Assembly (NCBI GenBank): GCA_040877685.1 | Contig: JBBDNF010000013.1 | Coordinates: 21,886-53,885, forward strand | DNA from: Nitrosopumilaceae archaeon | GTDB lineage: Archaea; Thermoproteota; Nitrososphaeria; Nitrososphaerales; Nitrosopumilaceae | DNA length: 32,000 nt | Reading direction: 5' to 3' | Shown: positions 5,911-13,628 of the stretch, in pieces | Layout: each line of letters opens with the position of its first letter | Position numbering within the stretch: position 1 is the stretch's first letter | The notes under the pieces: model-generated | What the model was told of the DNA's origin: nothing | Seen by the model: only the letters and a program-made list of their open reading frames with translations | The model's database searches: none | Made by a program: the position numbers and the translations under genes

Positions 5911-6727
5911 AGTCCACCGTACAGTTTCCAAGCTGAAACTTTCTCAACTTGCGTGCCATTATTACAGGTGTTACAAGCAAGATAGGAATCGATACTGCAA
6001 TAAGGACCGTTTGAATCTGCGTTATAGCTATTGTAAAGACACCAGCTCCAGATCCTACAAGACCGGTTAACAAAGTGCCTGCGCAAGCTGGACATGCTAT
6101 GAATAGTCCAGTGACTGCACCAAAAGTTCCCATCCCTCCTTCTTTTTTGTATATCAAAAATGCTTTTGAGGCAATTGCAAAGTTAAGACCAACCAAAAAT
6201 GAGACAGTAACTTGCAAAACAAGATTTACTGGAATTATCTTAAGACCAAGATGTTCTGTAAAGGCAGCAACTATCGAAGGCATGTATCCAGGTGGCCCGC
6301 AGCACGGCGTGATATATGCAGACGGAATTTTCAATCCATAGTGTTCTGAGAATATTACTTCGGGTTGGTAAACTAGTATTCCTGAAGTGAGCGAAAAAAA
6401 TATTCCATAACCTATAGCACTTGCAACAAAGATCTGTTTTGATCTCTTGTTGTTTATTGAGTTTGCAATTATTGAAGAAATAGAATTATTACTTTGTGCT
6501 ATTTTTGCTTGGAAAAATCTGTACAATCCGTATCCTATAGCGCCAAATGACAAAAGAAGAACGGCATACATGCCTAATGCCATTCTTTCCAAAAACGGCA
6601 CTGCGTCTGGTGTAATCATAGCATCATAATCATATTTTGAATAAATTAAAAATGAGATTGCAATGGATGCAAAACCTACAATAATCATTGCACTAGAAGA
6701 ACGTTGCATTGTCACCTGCTTTTCCAT
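5900..6727 (-). CDS. Polytopic membrane protein (about 6 TM) with membrane-embedded 'CC' and 'CPAC' motifs
   Basis: Hydrophobic segments run throughout, with 'YITPCCGPPGY' and 'GLFIACPACAGTLLTGLVGSG'. The start is set at ATG 6727 (MEKQVTMQ...) because 'atttaat' lies about 28 nt upstream on the coding strand. The track start 6793 would leave only 6 nt to the divergent gene. Confidence 0.6.
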   Translation of the reverse strand: MEKQVTMQRSSSAMIIVGFASIAISFLIYSKYDYDAMITPDAVPFLERMALGMYAVLLLSFGAIGYGLYRFFQAKIAQSNNSISSIIANSINNKRSKQIFVASAIGYGIFFSLTSGILVYQPEVIFSEHYGLKIPSAYITPCCGPPGYMPSIVAAFTEHLGLKIIPVNLVLQVTVSFLVGLNFAIASKAFLIYKKEGGMGTFGAVTGLFIACPACAGTLLTGLVGSGAGVFTIAITQIQTVLIAVSIPILLVTPVIMARKLRKFQLGNCTVDSKP

Positions 6728-6799
6728 TATCCCACAGCCAACTTTTGTGACATTAAATTGTATCTGTTTTTTTCCAAAGGCTTTATCTGTCATTAATGA

Positions 6800-7240
6800 G
6801 TGATAGAATTAAACTTGAAGATCGATGAGATTCAGGATTCTGATTATGTCGACGCCAAGATAACCTACGTAGGTTTTGTTGATCCCTATGGCGTAGAAGG
6901 CATATTGGTTCTAAGATCAGATGATGGAAAAGAGTTTCATATGAGAGCCTTTTCGGGAGAGGTGGCACGACACATAACAAGCTTCATCGAAGGTCAGCGA
7001 GGTTCAATTCCAACAATATACAACATGATAGAAGAGATCGCAGAACACAATGAACTGCTCCTAGTCAGAATTAAAGTATATGAAAGTGGAAGCGTGTTAC
7101 GCGCAAACCTGTACTTTACAGGAAAAACAGAGCTGGTGATGCGAAACTATCGAGCTTCTGATGCCATAGCTCTTGCATTATTTTATAATATCCCTATTCT
7201 AGTAAGAAAGAACCTTCTAAAAGAAAAGATGGAAGCCTAA
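6800..7240 (+). CDS. Bifunctional nuclease (BFN/DUF151) domain protein
   Basis: The architecture is typical of the family: 'GILVLRSDDGKEFHMRAFSGEVARHI', 'IPTIYNMIEEI' and 'RASDAIALALFYNIPILV'. The start is GTG 6800, or alternatively TTG 6815. Confidence 0.75.
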   Translation: MIELNLKIDEIQDSDYVDAKITYVGFVDPYGVEGILVLRSDDGKEFHMRAFSGEVARHITSFIEGQRGSIPTIYNMIEEIAEHNELLLVRIKVYESGSVLRANLYFTGKTELVMRNYRASDAIALALFYNIPILVRKNLLKEKMEA

Positions 7241-8328
7241 GTTACTATTTCTGCTAATCTTCCTTCTTGCTGAGCCCTTTTGAGCTCCATTGCAACTCTC
7301 CTTCCAACTCCAAACGTAGTTCCATACTTGTATTTTGTGTATGGACTTGTTGTAGCAAGAATAGGATTTCCAGGAACTCTCAGTGAAACATCATACACTA
7401 CGATTTCCAGATCTCGTGTTATCACGCTTTGTAACGAAAATGGTCCGATTATCCCTGGTGGATATTCTTTTTTTACTGCATTTACAAATTTGTCTCCAGC
7501 TGATATGACTTTGTCTAAAAGTGACTCTCGTATGCTTGCTGGAGTATGACCCACCTCGATGTTTTGTACAGAGACATCGGTTTCAAGCTGCTGTCTTGCA
7601 GGAAGAGCATTAAAATCGTGCAAGTTTGTTTGTAATCTTCTTTCAATTCCAAGAAAGTCAACCTCTTCTGAAATTGGAGTGTAAAAGTAGTTGAAGTTAA
7701 AGTAAGTTCCTATCACAAGCTCCTCGATACTTGCAATTTTGAGGTCTTCTTTTGATATCAGACTATGCCTTAGCCTGGTCTCTGTTTTTTCTTTGTAGTC
7801 TGAATAAGATGAAACGTTAAAAAAAGCTCTTTCAAGTTTGCGTGATCTTTCTTGCACCTTTACTATTGCAGGTCTGTCAATGTCTTTTGGATTCTTGAAT
7901 AGTTTGGGATGCTTTATCCTTGCTTTCTTAAGCAGATAATACTGGTTTTTTCTGTGTGAACGCTCTTCTGCTTGAAAAAGAGCACGATTGCCAAATATTG
8001 GAACTTTAAAGTTGTTTTCTATTGCCTTGTATCCAAGGTAGGCAGTAAGCGCCCGGTGTGGCACGATTATTGTGTTTGACGCACGTAACCTAGCTTGAAT
8101 TTTTGGAGAAAGCATTTCCTTGAATTTGTTTAGAACTATGATTTGGTCAGCAATTCTTGCAAATCTTTTGTATGGAACTTCGCGACCTTTTTGGCACACA
8201 ACTAATGTTTGTAGGCTCTCATCTTTTGCACCATCCATTATTTCTAGTGCAGAATGGCTGCCAAGTGTTCCTACAGTAAGATCAGAATATCCATTAACAA
8301 TTTCTTGAATTACAGATCTTCTTATCAC
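7237..8328 (-). CDS. purP: 5-formaminoimidazole-4-carboxamide ribonucleotide (FAICAR) synthetase PurP
   Basis: It is collinear with archaeal PurP: 'TLGSHSALEI..GAK', 'KGREVPYKRF', 'IVPHRALTAYLGY', 'VPIFGNR', 'IGPFSLQS'. This is an ATP-grasp enzyme of archaeal purine synthesis. Confidence 0.9.
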   Translation of the reverse strand: MIRRSVIQEIVNGYSDLTVGTLGSHSALEIMDGAKDESLQTLVVCQKGREVPYKRFARIADQIIVLNKFKEMLSPKIQARLRASNTIIVPHRALTAYLGYKAIENNFKVPIFGNRALFQAEERSHRKNQYYLLKKARIKHPKLFKNPKDIDRPAIVKVQERSRKLERAFFNVSSYSDYKEKTETRLRHSLISKEDLKIASIEELVIGTYFNFNYFYTPISEEVDFLGIERRLQTNLHDFNALPARQQLETDVSVQNIEVGHTPASIRESLLDKVISAGDKFVNAVKKEYPPGIIGPFSLQSVITRDLEIVVYDVSLRVPGNPILATTSPYTKYKYGTTFGVGRRVAMELKRAQQEGRLAEIVT

Positions 8329-8365
8329 AAGCTAATCTCTTTTTTGTTGGTAAAAAGCGTTGTTT

Positions 8366-8578
8366 TTATTTTGGGGTCTCGTCTTGTTTCTCTTTAAATT
8401 CTTTTAATTCTTTGTCTGCCTCTATCTTTCCTTTTTCATATTCGCCTTTGGCTTTGCCAAACGTACGTGCAAGCTCTGGAATCTTTTTTGCACCAAAGAT
8501 TAGAACAGCTATAACTATTATGATAAATATCCATTCCATACCTCCCGGCAGTTGGAGTACAAGATTAAGACCTAACAT
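8366..8578 (-). CDS. tatA: Sec-independent translocase subunit TatA/E
   Basis: A single TM is followed by an amphipathic helix: 'IIIVIAVLIFGAKKIPELARTFGKAKGEYEKG'. The start could instead be the internal Met (MEWIF..., 8539). Confidence 0.85.
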   Translation of the reverse strand: MLGLNLVLQLPGGMEWIFIIIVIAVLIFGAKKIPELARTFGKAKGEYEKGKIEADKELKEFKEKQDETPK

Positions 8579-8599
8579 CGATAGCGTAATTTTGTCAAA

Positions 8600-9397
8600 T
8601 CAAGATTTAAGTGTTGCAATCTGTCTTCCTTTACGTTCAATAAATATCATACCTACAAGATATAATGCAATCATTGGACCTGCAACAAACCACATCGTGA
8701 TACCGCTTCCATCAGGTGTGATTATTGCTCCAAAAACAACAATTATGACAATAGCATATCTGATGTTTCTTCGCCAGAACTTTTCATCAGTTATTCCAGA
8801 CGCAGACATAGCATACATTATCATCGGAAGCTGAAACGAAATTCCAAAAGCCAAAAGAAACTGAAGTACGAAGGTAACAAAGTCTATTACATTAAGGAAA
8901 GTGACAAGACCGCTTGCTTCACCGTATTTGTAAAGAAATTCCAAGATGTAAGGTGTGACAAAAAAGTATGAAAAGAGACATCCTGCTATGAAAAGACTGA
9001 TTGCTGGAATTGTTATTGACCTAATAATCTGAATCTCTTTTCTATCTAAAGCAGGCGATACAAATCCAACTAATTCTTTTACAATTACAGGCATTCCAAA
9101 GACAGCCCCAAGTAGACCTGCGATATAAATCTGGGCAAAAAATGCTTGTCCCGGCGCCGTCTGGATTAACTGTACAGTCTCTGGGATTAATTGATTTTTC
9201 ATTTCCACAGTAACCTGTGCCGCGATGTTGTCAAGTGGGTCTGGTGTTGGATAGTACAGTGTAACGCCGTTGTAATCAAATGTAGTTGCATGAAATGTAA
9301 GAACAAAGACTGCAATTATTCCTACAGCTGCAACCATTCTGAGTAGGCGCTTTCTAAGTTCCTCAAGATGTGTGCTGATTTCTTTTGCTTCAACCAT
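8600..9397 (-). CDS. tatC: Sec-independent translocase subunit TatC
   Basis: It has N-terminal 'HLEELRKRLL', a six-TM profile and 'PDGSGITMW'. It lies immediately upstream of tatA. Confidence 0.9.
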   Translation of the reverse strand: MVEAKEISTHLEELRKRLLRMVAAVGIIAVFVLTFHATTFDYNGVTLYYPTPDPLDNIAAQVTVEMKNQLIPETVQLIQTAPGQAFFAQIYIAGLLGAVFGMPVIVKELVGFVSPALDRKEIQIIRSITIPAISLFIAGCLFSYFFVTPYILEFLYKYGEASGLVTFLNVIDFVTFVLQFLLAFGISFQLPMIMYAMSASGITDEKFWRRNIRYAIVIIVVFGAIITPDGSGITMWFVAGPMIALYLVGMIFIERKGRQIATLKS

Positions 9398-9431
9398 CTG
9401 GGATCAAAAATTTGCCAAGAACCATATTTAT

Positions 9432-9887
9432 CTACTTGCCCGGAATTGGCAGTAGTTTGCTTGAAGGAAAATTACTTTGTTCCTGTTCTTGCAAGCTAAA
9501 GTTCTCAAGCTCAACTGAAATTTCGGTGCTTGTCTCAAATTTGTTACCAAGCTCTGTTGCAAGGTCAGCAATCTCTTTTGGGTAGTAAATCTCACTAGAG
9601 TCCACCAAAAAAACGCGTTCACCCTTTTCTTTTATCTCGCCGCCAAACTTGCCCTTTAGAAACTCTGTAATTCTATTTATTTCATCGTGTGGTATCATGT
9701 TATAATAAAACGCAATGCCATGAATCGACTCGTAGTCCCATGGGGTACCATTTCTATAGCAGAATGCACCAAAATGTGCTGCTTCGTCCTTTGAACACTT
9801 GATTTCCCAGATGAGCACCTTTTTTGGATCATATGTCACTTTTTTCAACTCATCAATCGAAAGATGCCAGTATCTGCATCGGGTCAT
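9432..9887 (-). CDS. 151-aa hypothetical protein
   Basis: I use the internal ATG 9885-9887 (MTRCRYWHLS...). The 70-codon extension in the track overlaps the divergent HEAT gene. 'ttttataa' on the coding strand is about 26 nt upstream of 9887. No family was recognised. Confidence 0.5.
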   Translation of the reverse strand: MTRCRYWHLSIDELKKVTYDPKKVLIWEIKCSKDEAAHFGAFCYRNGTPWDYESIHGIAFYYNMIPHDEINRITEFLKGKFGGEIKEKGERVFLVDSSEIYYPKEIADLATELGNKFETSTEISVELENFSLQEQEQSNFPSSKLLPIPGK

Positions 9888-9926
9888 TTGACCAATGAAT
9901 AAATATTCGATTATAAAATTGTGTGC

Positions 9927-10415
9927 ATGGAAATTATCCCCAATTCGCGTCTTGAACTCTTGTCCGAGATGGAAGAACGATATGAAAGAAAGGATAAAGG
10001 TTATTTTCTCCACCTTTTGGATCACAAAGACTTTGTAATAAGAACAAGGGCGGTATGTATTCTTGTAGACTTGGGTGGCGAAGAAATGGTACCACATATA
10101 GCTGGGGTTTTAAAAAATGATTCAAATGAGCTTGTAAGACACGAAGCGGCCTTTTCGCTTGGACAGATGTGTTACCGAAGTGGGATAAAACCCCTTGAAG
10201 ATGCAGTAAGAAACGATCCCAGCTTCTTTGTAAGACACGAAGCTGTAATAGCTCTTGGTGTGATAGGATCTCAGGAAGCGAGGGAGACCTTGCAAAGAGC
10301 TCTTACAGATTCAAGCGAACCAGTAAGAGAATCTGCGGTAGTTGCTCTCTCTAATCTACGCTTTATGGAAAAATTAAGCAAAAATGAACGATTTGCAAAG
10401 CTTACGGGCGGCTAG
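9927..10415 (+). CDS. HEAT-repeat protein with two His-Glu dyads (half-size deoxyhypusine-hydroxylase-like)
   Basis: Repeats are 'ELVRHEAAFSLGQM', 'FFVRHEAVIALGVIG' and 'EPVRESAVVALSNL'. 'aataaatatt' lies about 26 nt upstream of ATG 9927. Its stop TAG (10413-10415) overlaps the rad50 stop on the other strand. Confidence 0.7.
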   Translation: MEIIPNSRLELLSEMEERYERKDKGYFLHLLDHKDFVIRTRAVCILVDLGGEEMVPHIAGVLKNDSNELVRHEAAFSLGQMCYRSGIKPLEDAVRNDPSFFVRHEAVIALGVIGSQEARETLQRALTDSSEPVRESAVVALSNLRFMEKLSKNERFAKLTGG

Positions 10416-12490
10416 AGCGGGGTTACCTTTGTCCCTTCAGGCGTCGACTCAAAGTTGTATATCATATCCACATTAGAGTTCTCAAATATCTCCGAATCGT
10501 GTGTAATTATGATAAACTGTGATATCGAGCCAAGATTTGCCTCAAAAGCTTGTGACAAGACACTGACAAGCGATTTTCTTCTTTCTTCGTCAAGATGCGT
10601 TGTTGGCTCATCTAAGATGATGAAATTCAAATTTGATGCGCCAAGTATGTGTGCCATCCCAAGTCGAAGTGCAAGTGCAATGCTGACTTTTTCTCCACCA
10701 CTAAGTGATTCCAAATCCAATACAGTATTTCCAGAATAACAAGAAATTCCAACGTTTCGTGCTTTTTCTACCAGTGAAACACGTTGAATTTTTACATTAA
10801 ATGCTGAAAGATACTCTGATGCTTTTAGTGAGATCAAATTCAAGGCCCATGAACGCAAGCTTGTTGCAACAGGTCCATCTCTATTGAAAATCTGACTCCG
10901 TATTTCTTCTAGCTGTGAAACATATTGTTTTACAAAAGCAAGCCCGTCCAAAATTCTTGCTATTTTTTCCTGTTGCTCTTTTGCGTCATGCATTTTTTGT
11001 GTTATTGCACCAAGCTGTTGATCTGTAACACTAAGAGATTTTCTAGCTTGTTCATAAGAAACTTTTAGGTTTTTAAATTCATCAAGATCGAATCCTTTTG
11101 TCTCTTCTTGAAGTAATGAGATTGTTTCTAAAAGAGTTTGAGAGTGTGAGTCTATTGAAAGGTGTACCAAGTTTCCTGAAGAATCAAGGTTTGTTGGAAT
11201 CTTTCCTACGTTGCTTTTCATCTTGTAGATTTCCTCTTTTAGATGTGCCAGATCTTGTGGGCTTGAAACACCATGTGCGCGAAGCGTGTTTTCTGCCTTT
11301 ATTACCTTTTGATATTTCTGTTCAAGTTCACGCTTGCCCAATACTCCTTCTTTTTCAGTCTCTGTCAAGGAGGAAATCTCCTTTCTCATCTTTGTAATTT
11401 CTTCCTGTATGTGTTCTTCTTGGAATAAAGGGTTTAGACTCTCTACAACAGAGTCGCATACAGGGCATTTTCCATCCTTCATCTTTAGTTTTGTTGCAAG
11501 CTCTTCTTGTCCTCCAAGATTGCCAACTTTTTCTGAAAGCTTGCGGATTTTCCCTGTTAGTGATTCTAACATACTTTCAATTTTTGTTATGTTGGTTTCA
11601 ATGTCATTTTTAGATGCAAGATGATCAAAACATCCTGCACAGTCTGAAAGTTTTCTTTCTTTTTCTTGGATTTCTTTTTGAAGTGATACAATAGCTGTCT
11701 TGACGTATTTTACAAGTTCTGCTCTCCTTGTATCAATCTCTTTTAGCTTAGATTCTTTTGGTGATTCTGCATCAATTTTTTTCTGAAGCAATGTTAGCTC
11801 GTATTCTTGTTTTTGCTTTTTTGCAACGAGTTCTTCTTTTTGTGGCTCCGCATACTTGATTTCTTTTGTGACCAAATCAAGTTTTGATCTTAGACTTTCA
11901 ATGTCAGTGTCATCGTATTCTAGTTCTTGTCTTATAGAGCTGCGAAAGTTTTCTACAACATCTTTCATCAGCTCAAAAGCAGTGTCAAGCTTGTCTATTC
12001 CAATTATCGCATTGACAAGCTCCTTGAATTTTTTTGGGTCAGCGTCAATAATTGAATTTAGTTCTCCTTGTCTTACAATTGATGCGACTTTGAGCTTGTC
12101 AAAGTCCATCCCAATCAACGACTCGATCTCTTTTGTCATTGATTCTCCAAACTGTTTTCTTTCCCCTGCTGCAAGGGGTACCAAGCTACCTTCTTTTTTC
12201 TCAAAAAACTGCGCTGAGAGGGTTCCCTTGGAATCGATTTTTCTTACTGCCTCAAATGCTCTTCCCGAAATGGTAAAGTCTACCTTGGCATATGCGTGGT
12301 TTGAGCCACGACGAATCAAACCCTTGTTTGAGTTTCTCGTATGCTGGCCAAAGAGCGCAAAGGTTATGGCATCAATGACACTTGACTTACCTGCACCATT
12401 GTGTCCTACAAATACAGTAACTCCCTTCTCAAATGGTAGTTTTGTATTAGAATGTGAAAGAAAGTTTCCTAATTCTATATTAGTTAACAT
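10412..12490 (-). CDS. rad50: DNA double-strand break repair ATPase Rad50
   Basis: It has Walker A 'GHNGAGKSS', a long K/E-rich coiled coil, the zinc hook 'GKCPVCDS' (11456-11467), the signature 'LSGGEKVSIALALRLG' and Walker B 'FIILDEPT'. The start is set at ATG 12490 (MLTNIELGNF...), the canonical Rad50 N-terminus. Confidence 0.93.
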   Translation of the reverse strand: MLTNIELGNFLSHSNTKLPFEKGVTVFVGHNGAGKSSVIDAITFALFGQHTRNSNKGLIRRGSNHAYAKVDFTISGRAFEAVRKIDSKGTLSAQFFEKKEGSLVPLAAGERKQFGESMTKEIESLIGMDFDKLKVASIVRQGELNSIIDADPKKFKELVNAIIGIDKLDTAFELMKDVVENFRSSIRQELEYDDTDIESLRSKLDLVTKEIKYAEPQKEELVAKKQKQEYELTLLQKKIDAESPKESKLKEIDTRRAELVKYVKTAIVSLQKEIQEKERKLSDCAGCFDHLASKNDIETNITKIESMLESLTGKIRKLSEKVGNLGGQEELATKLKMKDGKCPVCDSVVESLNPLFQEEHIQEEITKMRKEISSLTETEKEGVLGKRELEQKYQKVIKAENTLRAHGVSSPQDLAHLKEEIYKMKSNVGKIPTNLDSSGNLVHLSIDSHSQTLLETISLLQEETKGFDLDEFKNLKVSYEQARKSLSVTDQQLGAITQKMHDAKEQQEKIARILDGLAFVKQYVSQLEEIRSQIFNRDGPVATSLRSWALNLISLKASEYLSAFNVKIQRVSLVEKARNVGISCYSGNTVLDLESLSGGEKVSIALALRLGMAHILGASNLNFIILDEPTTHLDEERRKSLVSVLSQAFEANLGSISQFIIITHDSEIFENSNVDMIYNFESTPEGTKVTPL

Positions 12491-13628
12491 TTTTTTTCTC
12501 CTTTTTGAATCGCTCAAAGTTTTCAATTACAAGATGATTCGCTTCATCAATTTGATTTGCGGAAAGTAATGGCAAGAGATCTCGTATTACAAAGATTGCC
12601 CATGGCTCAGAGTTTAAGATGTCTTTTGCAAGTTTGAACATTTCATCATCAATTTTTGCCGGTCTCTCCACAAATGTAGAACCATCATTTTCTTCTGGTT
12701 TGACTGCCTTCCAGAAACATCGCAGTGCAAGCGGATGTAGTCTTGCAATCTGTGACTGTACAAGATCAGTTTCTATGTTTTCTCCATGAATTTTTATTTC
12801 TATTACTGGTTTCTTTTCAAATGTTTTCAGTTTTTCTGACAACAAGTCTACTTCGTTTTTTAGATTTTTGTAGTAAGTCTTTACTGAAAGTTGTGGTCGC
12901 GTGTCAAGTTTAATCCAGTTTGGTTTTGCTTCTGATGATGAAATATCGACTTCATAGAATCCTTTTTGAGTTTCTTTGATTCCCTCACTTGATGTAAGCT
13001 CAATCGAACCCGGATATGCAAGTGGGCCTCCAAGATTACCGAATTTTTTCAGTTCTCTCTCATGTAAGTGTCCCATAGCATAATAGGTGAAATTTTGTGG
13101 AAGATCACTAGAGTTTAGCTCGCCTGCAAATTTGTTTACTTCAGTAATTCCCTGATGCAGCACAAGGATTTTGTGTCCTGCATAGTTTTTAGCTTCAGCA
13201 TCTATTTTAGCAAAATCGTTTTCAAAGGTATGAATTTCGTTCTTTCTTCTCTTGTCGTACCCAACAATTAGCACGTCCTTGTACTGAAGCGGTTTTCCAT
13301 TTCCAATATATTTTGAAAATTCCAAGTTATTGTATACGAATGGTACAGGCGTTGCTCGTATTCTGCTAATGTCATGTTCGCCAAGTATGAAAAAAGAGTC
13401 AATGTTTCTTTGTTTTAGTCGCTTTAGCGCATTTGCCAAGACCAAGATTGCCTTTCCGCTTGGATTTGGTACATGAAAGATGTCTCCTGCAAAGATTACA
13501 AAATCAATGTGGTCATTTATTGAAGTATCAATTGCCTGATCAAAGGCAGAATAGACATCCTGCTCTCGCTCTTCTGAATGATATTGTACAAATCCCAAAT
13601 GGGTATCAGAGATGTGAGAAAAGATCAT
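12480..13628 (-). CDS. mre11: DNA double-strand break repair nuclease Mre11
   Basis: Calcineurin-like phosphoesterase motifs are 'SDTHLG', 'AGDIFH', 'GEHD' and 'GHLHE'. It is translationally coupled to herA (1-nt overlap) and rad50 (11-nt overlap). Confidence 0.93.
   Translation of the reverse strand: MIFSHISDTHLGFVQYHSEEREQDVYSAFDQAIDTSINDHIDFVIFAGDIFHVPNPSGKAILVLANALKRLKQRNIDSFFILGEHDISRIRATPVPFVYNNLEFSKYIGNGKPLQYKDVLIVGYDKRRKNEIHTFENDFAKIDAEAKNYAGHKILVLHQGITEVNKFAGELNSSDLPQNFTYYAMGHLHERELKKFGNLGGPLAYPGSIELTSSEGIKETQKGFYEVDISSSEAKPNWIKLDTRPQLSVKTYYKNLKNEVDLLSEKLKTFEKKPVIEIKIHGENIETDLVQSQIARLHPLALRCFWKAVKPEENDGSTFVERPAKIDDEMFKLAKDILNSEPWAIFVIRDLLPLLSANQIDEANHLVIENFERFKKEKKNVN

Noticed and set aside
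9888-10097. 70-codon N-terminal extension of the 9432..10097 ORF
   Set aside because: It overlaps the divergent HEAT gene and its promoter and starts at a non-conserved-looking hydrophobic segment. The internal ATG 9887 has a correctly spaced TATA-like box.
10386-10415. The HEAT/DOHH-like protein ends in '...KLTGG', raising the idea of a ubiquitin-like/SAMP modifier for the JAMM protease
   Set aside because: The protein is an all-helical HEAT repeat, not a beta-grasp fold. The JAMM gene is 17 kb away. The terminal GG is most likely coincidental.
11856-12569. 237-aa plus-strand ORF antisense to rad50/mre11
   Set aside because: Its product is Ser/Leu/Phe-rich and low in complexity. It is the mirror image of the Lys/Glu-rich Rad50 coiled coil (AAG/GAA codons read as CTT/TTC). 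It has no motifs and lies entirely inside strongly supported genes.
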